A stretch of 56,198 bases of DNA, taken from NCBI RefSeq assembly GCF_048593235.1, contig NC_133617.1:755067897-755124094 (forward strand). The letters are read 5' to 3'. Below, piece after piece: positions 36,101-49,384 of this stretch. Below the pieces are notes generated by a model that worked only from the letters and a program-made list of their open reading frames with translations, made no database searches and was not told where the DNA came from. How positions within the stretch are numbered: the first letter of the stretch is position 1; every line of letters begins with the position of its first letter. The DNA comes from Sminthopsis crassicaudata (Eukaryota). A program made the translations under genes and the position numbers.

Positions 36101-38959
36101 TCCAGGCCACCAGTGTCTCCTGGTGGGTCCCACCAGCCTGGCTGTGTCTCAGCCTTTCCTGGCCATTGCTTACTCCAAGCTTGCTGCTGCTTTCCTATGA
36201 TTGGGGAAGGGCTTGGTGTACCCGCTGCTTACTCTGCCCCGTGGGACCCCAAAGAAGAGTGGGCTCGAGCAGCTCTGCTTGGAGACATTCAGCTCTTTTA
36301 GGGAACATCAGATGGGTGTGAACCTCTCAGCTGCTTTTCTTTGCAGGAAGATAGGGAGTCCAGCAAGTTCCCAGAGCTTCCACCGTGTTGGTTTTTGTTT
36401 CCTCCCTCAGTTTGGAAGGAAGGTCTTCAGCTCCAGGGGCAGAAGACAACCTTAGCCAATGCCTCAAGGCCAGGGCTTCTGAAACTTTTTCCACTTGTGT
36501 CCCCTTTTTTTTCCCAGAGAAATGTTTGGAAACCCTGGTTATGGGTATATAAAATCACAAATTTACTGCTAACAAATCATAATTCCATGACCCCCACTTT
36601 CAGTGGTACGATGGTTTAAGAAACTTTGCTCTAGGGATTGGCTTTGTCTTTAAACTTTACTCCACCTTGCTCCACATGAGCCTATTTTTGACCTAGGATT
36701 AGGAAGTCCTTGCCAATCCCACTTGATTTATTATAACCGATTTGTACCCCTCCCTTGACAATCATTTCAGGCCATTCTCTCAGTCAAATATAAAGGGGCA
36801 CTGGTTTTGAGGATCCCAATTTTCTCAGGGCCCCCATGATCCCGTCTCACTTGACATGTTAGAGTCAGAAGTTCCACATCTCCAGCAAAGACCTTTTTCT
36901 TTGCTCTCCAGTGTGCATTTGGCCTTTAAATAAAAAGTGATGGGAGCCAAACCAGCCACCCTGCCCACCACGCCCAGCTTTCTTCCTCCCTACTTTAACA
37001 AAAAGCTTTCTTTATCCAGTGGTGGAACCTGTGCATTACTCAATCTCTGACTTAGGCCCATTTCCATGCTGGTGCTATCATGGGGCAAACAGAAAAGGGC
37101 TCTGTAGGAAGGTCACTGTTGACTCCGATGACACTTTGGGTTATCCACGGCATTCTGTGATTCCTGTGTTTCTTCTTTCTGTTTCCAACAGGCAATAATG
37201 GATTAGTTTCCATTTTCATTTTGAAATTTGTATCCTGTTTCTTCACTGCTCTAGTATGATAACTGCCTTTTATATGTTGACTCATCTCCAGCCAGTGGCA
37301 GGGGGACACATAGGGATATATCAGTATATTGTCCTTTCTCTTTCACTTTGTGGCCGACTGCATGCATTGACATAAAGGCCTGCTAGGACCCTGATACTTC
37401 AGATTACACACAAATCAACTTCATGGACCTCATGGAGCAGCTCCTAATTCAGATTAGCCATCAACCCAGTCACAGATTCCACTGACCCAGGAGGCCACGT
37501 GTCCATCTGCGGACTCAGGCTACTCATCTTCTCCTTTTGATTCTAATTTCATCAATCAATTAAGAATCTATTCAAACAGGCCAGGCAGGAGGGACTCAAA
37601 GGGAAGCATTCCCTGCCCTCCAAGTCCTTTGATCCAAGTGGGGAGACAAGAAGAGGTACACATGGAAGTAAAAATGACAGTTCTTCAAGAATAATTACAA
37701 AATAACACTCATCAAAATTCTGCTTTTTAGCCTGAAATCACTCCAGTTTCTCAAAACTCAAAATGAGTTTCAGGGAGGCCAAAGGAGAGCCTAATCCAGG
37801 TGACGCTGGTCGGCTCGAGCTCAGGATGATACAGGAGATGAGTTGACTGCTGACGAGCAGAGCTGGCCCTGAAAACTATGAGAAATGTTTTATAATGAGA
37901 AACAGCCAACAATATCTCTACTAGGAAACAGAATAGACATCGAAGCCTTCTCGGAATATGGCTTATTCACAGCATTTCTACGAGGATAATAATTTGTGTT
38001 CCCATTGACTGATACCAAGAAGTAAGTGCACCTAATAAGAGCTTGCCTTTTGAAAATCAGAAAATTAATTGATGTAGTTGTGGGGCTTGATCCTTCTCAT
38101 CAGAAGAAAGCAAAGTGGAGACTTTTGAGGGGCTCCTTCATGAACTCTCACGCACTAAGACCTTGATCTGAACGTTTTCAAGGGGCAGGTGTAGCCAAAC
38201 TCTCTAAACCATCTATCGAGCTGAGACCCCAAACTTGGGACTTGTTTCTGTTCATTCAAAAATTTTCTCACAGGAAGCTAGGAACAAGGGGACTAAAAAT
38301 GTTTTCAACTTTTCACAGGCTCTTAAAGCTAGTGAGAACATCCTGGGTTTGAATCTTACAATTTAATTCAGTTTAATACAATTTATCTAGGGCCTGCTGC
38401 ATGACCTACACTGTCCTAGGCACCGGGGCAACAATGATCAAAGTCAGATAGGCCCTGCCCCCGAGGGGTCTGCGTTCTTACTCGATGGTCGGAGCCCATG
38501 CTTTAGCCTTGGTCAGTTGTCCCCGCGGGAAACTACAAAGGGAGCTGATCCTTCACAGTCTGAGTGGGTTTCTCATCCGCATCTCAGTTTCCCATTCACG
38601 TACATTTGGGCACTTGCAGATGAGGCAGCTTACTCCCATCCAAACTCACAGGAGAGCAGACCTAGAATGAAAGTCTTATCTTGGGTCACATTCTTTCAGT
38701 GCCTGGTGCAGGTACGCTGAGAATGACACTGTGGATTTATTGCTGTGGATTTATCAGGGAATTCATAGGGCAAATGAGCAATCTTTGTGGATGACTCTAA
38801 ATCACCCCGCCTGAGTCACATCCAGAAAGTGTGGCAGCTGCCTCCATACCCCATGAGCATGGGGCTGAACGGCTGTGTCTCTGAGCAACAACAGTCCCGT
38901 AATTCAACATCTTGGGAAGGGAACTGAGCTTGACTATCCACTTTTGTGTGCCTACACAC

Positions 38960-38990
38960 GTGTGTGTGTGTGTGTGTGTGTATGTGTGTT
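38960..38990. repeat. (GT)n microsatellite
   Basis: Directly visible. Confidence 0.95.
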
Positions 38991-39274
38991 TCTTTTCATG
39001 CTATTGGTAAAATCGTCTACAAAAGGCAATTATACACATCCTGAAATGCAACTAGTAGCAGACAGATGGATCCAAGGAAACCGAAGCACGATCTAGAATT
39101 ACGTAACTTATCCTGACTGATCTCAGAGACGCTCAGCCTTAGAGAATGGAAATGGACTAGATCCGATAGATTCGATGGTGGAGAGTGAGAGAGGATCGGA
39201 AGGCGGGCAATGGAGTGAGATGAGATGCCGTGGGATGGAAAGAGAGGGAATAGGATGGGACAATGCTCTCATTT

Positions 39275-39610
39275 GGAGTATCAATCCACAAGCATTGATT
39301 GAGTGCCTAAGTGTGCTAGACTCTGTTCTAGGTACTGAAGATCAAACCCTCTTAGAACAGAAAGTTATGTTAGAATGTTAATGTTACAATGTTAAGCTGA
39401 AGGAGACAGGATAAGAAAATACACAACATATACAAAAGACATACAAGGTAACCTTGAAGGAGTGATGGGGTTTGTGGGGAGGAGGCACTATCAAGTGGGT
39501 GGCAGAAAGGATTTCCTGCAGAGAGTGAAACTCAAGCTGAATCCTGAAGGAAGAAAGGGATTCAGAGGGAGGAGGGAATGGGGAGGACATTCCAGTGCAG
39601 GGTCAGGAGA
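39275..39610 (-). mobile_element. L2 3' region
   Basis: caagcattgattgagtgcctaagtgtgctagactctgttctagg; gtgaaactcaagctgaatcctgaagga. Confidence 0.7.
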
Positions 39611-40549
39611 GAGTGTGACCTTTTAGGTTTTCCAAGCCTCAAATGCACCAGGCCGCGTACCGACTGAACTGGAAATGCTGCAACTTTGAATGCATTGCCG
39701 GGGATTATGAAGCCACATATACTCCTGCCTGAAGTCTCACCAATAGAGGAGCAGAAGTGGTACTTTATCCCTGCTGTCAATGGAAAAGCAGGGATTCGGA
39801 TATCTAATAGAGATCGAAAAGTTAGCAAGCCCTTAAAAACATGGGACTTTAAGAAGAGGATTTGGACTTCTGGATCACAAGTGGAAATATGGGCTGAACT
39901 GTCTCTGGGACGGCAAAGGGCACAGGGTCAAAACGCTTTTATCCCTCATCTGGCAAATCACATCAAAAGAGCTTTGAAATGAAAACTAAAAGGAGATGAA
40001 ATCATCCACATAGATCTCCCAAACCAGATGCTCCCAGAGAAGGGCAGCACAGGGAGAATAGTAAGGACTGGGGGGCGGAGCAGCAAGGAGGTTTGCAAGG
40101 AGCCTGCCTTGTCAGCAGTCACTTAAAAAGCCATTGTACCTCAGAGAACAGAACTACTCGAAATCCCTAAAGGGGAATTTAAAGGTTATTTAAAGCAATA
40201 ACCCGATCAAAGAAGAGCTTTGCCACATAGGGGAAAATGATTATAGGGAGGAATAAATACATGACTCAAGAAAAGTTTTGATGCAAAAACATCAATGATA
40301 GTATCAACAAGAGTGTGGATTTTCTCTTGAGGGGAAAACAAGTGTGATCTCATCAACCCATACCAGCTGCTTTCCCAAGAGGGATCCTTCGGCCCTAAAA
40401 ACCCATGAAATGAAGCAAGGGACAAGATGGGCCTAAGTCTGGGTGGACACTTCTGTTTCCGGGAGTACCATCAGGAAGTCACTGAAGGAAAAGGGGCTGT
40501 GTGTAAGGACCCATCATTTTTAGATCAATCATAACTCCTAAGAGTTAAT

Positions 40550-40775
40550 AACTATAATTAGCATTTTTATGGCACCTTAACGCTTGAAAATCACTTTATA
40601 AATATTTCCTTTTGTCCTTGAAACAACACTGCAAAGCAGGTACTATTATTATCTTCACTTTACAGATGAAGAAACTGAGGCAGGGTTATACAGTTACTGA
40701 GGGTAGGAGGGGATGAGACTGGGTATGAACTCAGGCCTTTCTGACCCCTAGTCTAGCACTCTAACCACTACACAG
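40550..40775 (-). mobile_element. MIR SINE
   Basis: ttattatcttcactttacagatgaagaaactgaggc. Confidence 0.8.
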
Positions 40776-40999
40776 CTCCTCATCCCCGCACCAGGATGCT
40801 GGTGCTTGAAAGGAGAGATCAATTTCTAGTCTCTAATAAATGAGAATATTATTGGAGGGATTTAATTTTGTCCATATTGACTTTCTGAATAGAAACCAGA
40901 AGCCACAACTGAAATCACACCTCCATGGAAGGGGATCACAAGTTTTCCTAGAAGAGACAAAGAAAGGAATCATAAATTCTCCTGTAAAATGAAAGGATG

Positions 41000-41400
41000 G
41001 TGGAAGACTTTAAATCTCACCTTATAAAACAGCTAGAATTAATGGAATGAAAATCGAGTCTTTGTCAAAATTTCTTTTTGTTTAAATATTCGAAGGAATA
41101 TCCCTTTTTCATTGTCCTTTTATGCCAGTAAAGTAACAATTAGAATAACAAATCTCGAAATTATTTTATAGATTTTGTTCCATGTACTAAGGGGTTGTTT
41201 CATAGGAGTAGATAAAATAATGATAAAATTCATCTGGAGGTTGAATTAGTGAGAAGTGATAGAGATAAAAAATCAAGACTATGAATAAAATGTTTTAAAA
41301 AGCAAACAACATAAAAAGATTCAGAAGGGAGGCAGAAACAGAAGTCCATTTTGTTATTATCATCTTAAATTTAAAATGAACTTCAAAAAACAAACTGATA
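41000..41400 (+). mobile_element. Very old L1 ORF2 fragment
   Basis: A-rich, gataaaataatgataaaattcatctgga (KFIW motif); heavily degraded. Confidence 0.45.
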
Positions 41401-41559
41401 GAAGTGCATGGCTTCATATACAGGCTACTTTTTTCTTTTCATGTTGGAATATTTGATGATTGCTATATTTATGACAAATTCAAATTTGGAGGAAAATGGA
41501 AAGAGGTAATTCTCTTCATTCTGTGCAGGATAATCCTTAAACCAGGTATAAAGGAGATC

Positions 41560-41900
41560 AGAAAAAGACAAAAAGAGATAGTAAGAATTGAAGAATTTGA
41601 AACTGAATAAAATCAATGCAGCTAGGGTTAGAAGAATTGCCAACTAAGAAAGACCTTTGAATGAAGAGCTCTTTTAAAAGCATGGTGCACCTTGGACCAT
41701 CCCTAAATGAAGGCCTGGAAGGGAGTCGCCAATGGAGAAGGAAGTGATGATGGCTGAGGACCGTTGAGGTTGGGAGAGCTGGAAGGACATCAAGGAGGGG
41801 AAGTGCTTTGTAAAGTCCAATTGATATTAATTTGTTAGCTGACCTAGGAAAACTAATCTCTGGTGAATGACACTGCAGAGAACACAATGTGATGGACATG
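41560..41900 (-). mobile_element. L2 fragment
   Basis: gatggctgaggaccgttgaggttgggagagctggaaggacatcaaggagggg antisense L2 RT text. Confidence 0.55.
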
Positions 41901-42339
41901 AGCCAATAGGTAAATAAGAATCTTAAGGCTCCTCATGTCTGCCCCTAGAACTTTTAGGAGGGGGACAGGAAGATGCTGCCAGCTGTGCTCTGGGGATCTG
42001 ATCTGTAGGTTGGTTAGAGCAAGATTTATATTGTTACCTTCGAATGTCCTGGAATGGAATACTGTTTGATAAGAAAAAACTGCTTTCTCCAAAGCACTCC
42101 AAAGTTTTTTGATGATTTAATTGTTCTTTAAAAGTCTCCATTTTTCTGCAGATTTAACACTGTCACCTAGTTTTCCCCCCTGGATTTTTGTCACAGCTCT
42201 CTAGTTCTCTTGCTGTTGAACTGATCTTTCTCAGGCTTTTTAACATAAATAACAATATGGTAAGAAAATACCTGGTCCTTGATGAATCCAAGTCACCCAG
42301 ACCAGGTCAGGGACAACCTCAGATCCTCAAAGGATGGTC

Positions 42340-43310
42340 AGTGGGACTCGTGAGCCTCTGTCAGTGATATTAGAGAAATCGTGAAATGTGAGAGGAGTGT
42401 CACAAAACTGGAGAAGGGAAAATATCCCATCTCAAATGGGAAGGAATCGGTCTTTGATGACTACAAGCCAATGAATTAGACAGCCATTCCCAGTATTCTA
42501 GCAGAATTCACTAAAGGCAAGGTTGGCAAGCCTCTAGAAAGGGAAGTTATGCTTATAAATAGCCACCTGGCTTCATCAAGACTAGGACATGTCCTACTAA
42601 CCTCGTTTCCCTTTTTGGCATGATTATTCTACTAGGAGAAGAGGGGAATACTGGGAATATAATAACCTATATTTTTATTAAAGAATATAATAAACCATCT
42701 TGTTCCATTCTTGTGGAAAAGATGGAATCATGGATTGGATGATAATAGCATTCAATAGATTTAGAACCGATTGGATGGCTGGACTCCAAAAGTAGTTGCT
42801 GAAATCTGTTTTAATGTGACAAGAGGTCTCCAGAGGAACGCCCCAGGGATCTGCATCCTGTCCCATGCTGCTTAATATTTTTATCAATGATTTGGATAAA
42901 GGAATTGATGCGGGCTAAGCAATTTGTAAATTCTGCCAAGCCGGTAGTGATACACTGGATAGCAGAGTCGTGATCCAAAAGGGACTTGACAGCTTAGAAT
43001 TGGCCTGAATTTTAATAAGATGGAATTCAATAGAGACAAATGTAAAGTATTATTCACGGGTACACATAATCAGTTCCACAAGGAATAGATGGAAGAAGGC
43101 AATCATGGATAGACAGCAATTGTTGGAGGGGGAAGGAGGGTACGTCAGCAGCGTGATCTGAGGCTGCACTTAGAGGGATTGTTAACAGTGAACAGCTGTT
43201 AACACCCAATTTAAAAAGGATATTGAGAAGCCGACGACTGTGCAGAGGAGGGCCATCGGTTTGTGAAGGGCCTTGAATCCGATCAGCTCCAGTTTAGCCT
43301 GGCGAAGAGA
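42340..43310 (+). mobile_element. CR1/L3 LINE reverse transcriptase remnant
   Basis: 42823-42909 translates EVSRGTPQGSASCPMLLNIFINDLDKGID (CR1 GVPQGSVLGPVLFNIFINDL motif); MEFNRDKCKV at ~43020. Confidence 0.9.
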
Positions 43311-43374
43311 ACAGGCCCCTTGGAGGTGGTCAGAGCTCAGTGATCACTTTCTGAGGCGTCCTCTGTGCACCCAT

Positions 43375-44125
43375 TGGGTGACGTGGTCTCAGACTCTGTG
43401 GTTTCATTTCCCTCATCATGTTCCCTAAATGGGCCATTCTTCCGATCTCTGCCACGGACTCTCTTCTCTCTGCACTCTCTCACTTCAAGATTCATGGGAA
43501 GCCCCCATGGGTTTCATTATCTTCCTATCAGTAACTTCCAAGGTCATTTATTCAGCCTTCAACTCATAGCCCATAGACCACATGACCATTAGATATTTCT
43601 AACTCGACATCCCGTGTGTGTCTAAAACTCCATGTGACAGAAATTGACTTTGTGACTTCATGGCATCTCATTATGATCTCCCTATGACCTTCCCTTTTTC
43701 AAGGTCATCAGGAGCTTTTCCGGTACCAATGTTTATACCCCAAAGTCTTCGTACTGTTGGCTTCCCCACCCTCATCCAATTATCCAGTCTTGATATATTC
43801 TTATTCACGGTATATTATTTTACCTCACCCATAAAATTCAAAATTCTGTTCAAAAGACACCAAGGGCACCACGCCTTTCCCAATTCCCCATCTACCCCCA
43901 CAGTTGTTAGTATCCTTTCAGGAAAAAAAAAACCCAAAAACCAAAAAACTACTTTTGCCTTCATTTTGTATGTGCTCTTTTTGTACTTGTCCTCTGGCCC
44001 AGTAAAATGTCAGCTCCTCGAGGGCAGGTGCTTCTTCCTTTCTGTCTTGGTGTCTCAAATCCCCAATACCTACTGCAGTACCCGACACACGGTGAGAGGA
44101 TGACAAATGCTTGTAAGTAGATTGC
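43375..44125 (+). mobile_element. L2 3' region
   Basis: aaatgtcagctcctcgagggcagg...caaatgcttgtaagtagattgcttgtttgatt tail. Confidence 0.75.
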
Positions 44126-44129
44126 TTGT

Positions 44130-44420
44130 TTGATTATGGAATATGAGGAATTCAGAGAACTATGGGAAGCTCTGTATGAAGTGATGCAGAACTATGGAAA
44201 TTATAGAGACGATGGTTATAACAGTGGGATTGAAACTCTGCAATTATACTGACCAACCCTGGCCACAGACAAGACATGAGGAATGCATGTCCCTCCTGTA
44301 GTTGGAGACATGGGGGACTATGGGTGGAGAATGTTGTAAACACTGTCAGATTTAGTTAATGTCTCTGTTGAATTATTTTTCTTCATCTTCGTTACAATGG
44401 GAGGCTCAAGGGGTGCAGGT
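44130..44420 (+). mobile_element. Old L1 3' end
   Basis: gaactatgggaagctctgtatgaagtgatgcag; gggggactatgggtggagaatgttg. Confidence 0.65.
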
Positions 44421-46021
44421 ATATCAAAAGATGACTGCACTATTTTAGAAAGGCATCCATAAGACACAAGAAAAAAGGGAAAAGTATATCTGAAGTGTTT
44501 CTCAAACATAAATACAGATATTCCCAGGTTAAGCTCTTCCTCATCTGCGAACATGTTTTGACAAGTTGACTTGAGATGGAGAACACATGGCCACTGACTG
44601 CCATGCCTCTGTCCCACCGGGCATACTTTATTAGATGACCAGCAGATCATCTGGGGTCCAGAGCCCTGGCCGCAGCGCACGTCTGTCCGGCAGGGAGGAG
44701 AGGAGGTGGCCAATCCCGGAGCATTATGTTGATTATGACCTCATTAGCTTTCAGCACGGGTTCCTGGAAATGACCCCCACCCAGTTTCTGGAAGTACCCA
44801 AGCGCATGTCCAATCCAGAACACTGAGCCGTGGTCATTATAGGAGCTGACCACAGCAGCCAGTCCTCTCAAGTGCTTCTAGGAAGCCTTATGAATTATTC
44901 ATTCCCGAGGGCATGGCCTCCTAAAAGCACCTTCTAAAGTTACAGAAAAACACCAAGCTCTTCAGGTCGGACCCTTGGGCCATCCAGCCCCTCATAGAAG
45001 CCCGGCTCTGCCCCGAGCTGGCCAGGGCGGGTGTCTTTTAACAGAAGACCCAGGGGTGAGAGCTGCAAAAGGAACTGACTTGATTTGGTTTTCATTGCCA
45101 TCAGTTGGGTGTAAAATTCCTTAAGAGACTCATTTTGACCTTCTTCAGCAATGGGAGTGACTTGGGAGCAGAATGACTGGGAATTTCCCTGGAAAAGAAG
45201 GTGATTTGGCTGTCCGCTCAATACTGAGGAGAACCCCTTCTGTTCCCATTCCTAGTAAGGAGGATGGGTGACCTACTACTGGCTTGATTTCAAGAAATCT
45301 GGGGTGTGGAAGCCAATTCTCCTGCAGTGGGCTTATTTCCTCCTTACAGACCTTGTTTACTTTCTCTGATCATTCATTTAGCTGAGGAATCTAAGCTAGG
45401 AAAGTCACGTTGGAAGCACTTCGCCTTCCTGTCATATTGCTGTCAATGAGATGCAACGAGGTCAGTGGGTGGGCAGGAGCTACACCAACAATGAGCCTCC
45501 AAATACTTCCTAAATGGTGTCCCCTTAGTTCTCTCAGCCATCCCCAAGAAAGAAAGTCGAGGCTCAGTGCTCGGATGCTTACACAAGGAAGAAGAAGGGC
45601 AGAGGAGAGAAGGGATCTGGCCAGGGCCACGTGGACATTCCTTGATGCCAGAAGAAGGCTGAGTCTGCTCATCTGCTCCCCGGTCTCATGTCTAGGGAAG
45701 GGAATCCCGGCACCCTTCCTCATATTACTGGAGCAGCATTGTACAGGGGAAAGAGAAGGAGTTCTCCTGTCAGAGGTTCAAGTCCAGTCTCTGGCACATC
45801 ACTTACTGGATGATGTTATTTTACCTCCCTGAGCCTCAGCTTCCTCAACTGTAGAATGAGAAAGGTATATTGGAAGACCCCTGAGGGGCCTTTTAGCTCT
45901 AGATCCATGATCATTGTGATGTGACTACTTTCTGCTTAAAAGCATCCTCCCTGGTGGTCAGATCCTGGCTAGGAAACTGATGCTAATTTTGATTCCTTTC
46001 TTTTTTTTATTTTGATTTCTA

Positions 46022-46157
46022 TTTTTTTTTCTTTTTTTTTTTTTTGCTGAGGCAATTGGGATTCAATGAGTTGCCCAGGACCACACAGCTAGATTTGAAC
46101 TCAGGTCCTTCTGACTTCAGGGCTGGTGCTCTCTCGACTGCACCCTCTAGCTGCCCC
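46022..46157 (-). mobile_element. WSINE1-type SINE with a small internal deletion
   Basis: gctgaggcaattggg...cacacagct|agatttgaactc...ctagctgcccc; degenerate TSD aatt(t/c)tgattc. Confidence 0.9.
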
Positions 46158-48036
46158 CAATTCTGATTCTTTAACTCTTTCACTGTACATGCCTTTTCTT
46201 TTCTGGCTGCCTTTTCTTAGGATACTGAATCCCATCTACTCATGAATATCTCCCTCCTTTAAATTCTTATCTCCCCCTCCTCATTTTTATTTGCCTTTTC
46301 TAAGACAGAATGATCATTTCTCCCAGAGTCTCCCTTCTTCACCTTCTGTGTCCCAGTGTTGTTAAAAGACACTCAAAGAATCTTTAGGCTGAATCCTCTT
46401 TTATTTGGAAAAAATGTGCAAGTTCAGGTTTATAGGTTGGAATGCAGTTATCAGCCCTCTCCCCAGGCTCAAGAGGATCATGAATGAATCTTTCAAGGTC
46501 ATCATATTCTTCAGCCAGGATTCCATTCAGCTGACTCCCTGAGCTCAGTGTCTATCCATTGAGCATATTTGCCCATTTCTGGGTCAAATCCTTGATCTTG
46601 AGGAGAATTCTCTCCAATGACAGAGGCCCTGGTAAGCCCTGGGATTTCAAATTCCAGAAGAACTTTGAACCTTGGCTTATAGATAAACCCTCCCCACTAA
46701 ATCGTATTTAGGGCTTATCATAACCATAAAGGAGCCCAGTGCCTTAGTGGAGAAAACACTTTCAAAATAGACTAAAGAAATGCTATGGGTAACCTTGATA
46801 GGAATACTATGAATCCCTGAAAAGCTTTTATGTTGAAAACTCATTTTTGATGTTAGCTATTGAACACGTGAAAGGAACTCACAATCTGAAGTTTCCCATT
46901 GGGGAGGGGAGCCTTTTCCTGGAGCTAAGTGTCAGTTTGTGAGTCCCAGACCGGACATTACCCCAAGAGGATTCTGGGTTCCAGTTCTTGGGGGCACCTC
47001 AAGGTAGATAGTTCCTCAGAACCAGTGAGAGATAACTGAGGGGCTGGCATAGGCTGAAGCAGGCAGAGACTACAAAGCCTGAGCAGAGGACCAGAGATGT
47101 AGGGATGAGGCAGATAAGGGAGGGCCTAAAGGGGGGGGAGGGGGAGTTATCACTGAGTGAGGAATTCTGGGAGACTTGAAGCCATACATGCTCCTGGCAT
47201 CTCTAATGGCCAGTGCTCTTCACTAGCCTTCACTTCCTACCTCTGCCTTCAATTGTTTTCTTCCAGTTCATTTTGTTTGTATCTTCCCCCATCTGTCTGC
47301 ACCCTCTTCCCTCTATGTGCCTTACATTTTTTCTCTCAGGTGATTTTCTTGCCTTCCCTTTTCTAGCCAACTTTTCTTGAGCCCTTTCCACCCTCACACA
47401 AATTTTCCAGCTTCTCTGGGGTAGGTGATTATCACACTTTCTTGGATGTGTCACTTGATCGTTCTCTGGCTCTGCCTTTTTCTTAGAAACATGGAAAGCT
47501 CGTCCCTGGCTGATGCTAAATTGTTCCCAAGTTTTTGTGCACTTGAATCTAGAGGCCGGCGGGCCACACGTCACAGGATTCTGAGCCAGAAGTCCAATAT
47601 TAATATTTTGCAACTAAGAAAACTAACTATAGTTTATATAGTTTCTATTGCGTACATATTTATATCTGTTTACATAGTTTCGATTTCATAATTTAAAAAG
47701 CTCCAGGCAAAGGAAGGCAGCGGCCCCAGGCTCCCAGGTGTTAATGACCAGAGATGGGCTGAAATGCAGGTCTTCCAATTCCAAATGCAGCCCTCATTCC
47801 ACTCTCTCTGGGCAATTCATAGAAGGGCCGAAAATAACCTCCTTTCCAATACAACATTCCTTTCTCCGGCATCATTGGCCCTTCCAGTCCCAGTGAGCTC
47901 ACAGATTTGGGAGGCTGTTCATTGTCTCCCTGGACAGCTCAGCTCATCGCTGCTCTTTCTGACATGGAGATTGAAGTCTTCTTCCCTTTCATTTCCACCC
48001 ATCTGTTCTGGTTCTGTCTGTTGGAGCAATGTAGAC

Positions 48037-48066
48037 ACACTCACACTTACACTCACACTCACACAC

Positions 48067-48110
<44 letters not shown>

Positions 48111-48115
48111 ACACG
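48037..48115. repeat. Compound (CA)n/(CACACT)n microsatellite
   Basis: Directly visible. Confidence 0.95.
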
Positions 48116-49384
48116 CTCCCATACACAAACACTTGCAGGCAGCTGTTCTGTGTCTTTCCTAGTCTCACATACCACTAGCTCCTTCCAACAATCCTCGTAA
48201 TATCGAGAGCATATGCTGGCCACCGTCACAACGCTCTTGGGGGCTCCTCTGCAAGGCCCTTTTCAGGGGTTGTGGAACAATCCTTTAGCTGAACACTCCC
48301 GTTCTCAGTCTAGTGACCAACGCCAGGACTGAATCCATCTGTTTTTCGGGTCCTGGCTCTCAGGTGCTTAGCAGTTGTGGAGTGAAGACTTGTTGACTGA
48401 CTGACAGATTCCGTCACACTAGGGTCTCACATAGACCTAGCATCATCCATGCTATCATCAAGCTCTGTGCAGGACGTCACATCTGTGAGCACTCATCCCC
48501 TTTCGGTCTCTTGGATTCGACCCCCTCTTCCAGTCTGTCTTGATTGCAAAGTTAGTAAGTCTTTTGCATCATTTATTTTAATTCTAGAATGAAATATTTT
48601 TTAATTAGAAGAGTGAGATACTTCCCATCTTCTTCTCCATTAATGGCAGCGAAAACAATAGAGGCATTTGTTGTCATTTAAAAGCAATGAGTGGAGCGGC
48701 ATAGGAGATTCCTTCTAGAGAAATTCCTCGATCTCGACAGGTCATAGATTATCTATCCTTTAGTGGGTGAGACCTCGAGAACTGTCCAAGATATAAAGAA
48801 GTTAATTATTGAGCTCAGGGCCACACAGCTATGGGATCAGAACCCAACTCTTCCTGCCTCACAACTCTATCCGGTATTCCAGGCTGCTTCTATGAAAGTT
48901 TTGCTAATCTTATCTATTGAATTGGTTTTTTCAAATAACATTGACCCTTTGTATTCCTCTGAAACCTTTGACCCTACCCCCAAATTTTCCATCCTTTCTT
49001 AGACAGTGACATTTCAATATATTCAGATGTTTCAATTTGTTCAGCCATTCCAAAATTTGGGGGCATCTCCTTAGTCCCTGGTTCTTTATTTTTCATTCTT
49101 TGTAGTCCACCCTTCAGGACCAAGAAGTTTATTCCTCATCCTCTGCTCCCAATTTTCATCCTATTCTCTACCCCCATCCTAGTTTCCTGTTGGGATGGAT
49201 TCCTACACCAAACTTCTTGGGTAAGTTTGTATGTGCCCAACCCATCTTTGTCCAGTTCAGATAAGAGTGAGGGTTATCTAGAGCTGGCTTGTTCCACCAC
49301 TTGCTCCATATTTGTATATCCCTTTTCTCATATAGATCCATGTTAAAAAGGGCAGAATTGGATTAGATGATCCCTAATAACACA

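Noticed and set aside
35780-36301. 173-aa ORF, the longest in the ORF track
   Set aside because: No recognisable domain; spans a GC-rich minisatellite that explains the lack of stops.
37925-38021. AG...GTAAGT-bounded 97-nt exon candidate
   Set aside because: Stops in all three frames and a weak pyrimidine tract; at most a non-coding exon.
39629-39733. Short frame MHQAAYRLNWKCCNFECIAGDYEATYTPA
   Set aside because: 29 codons, unrecognised, expected by chance.
46358-46622. Possible minus-strand LTR (TG...CA, internal polyA signal)
   Set aside because: No TSD and no recognised family.
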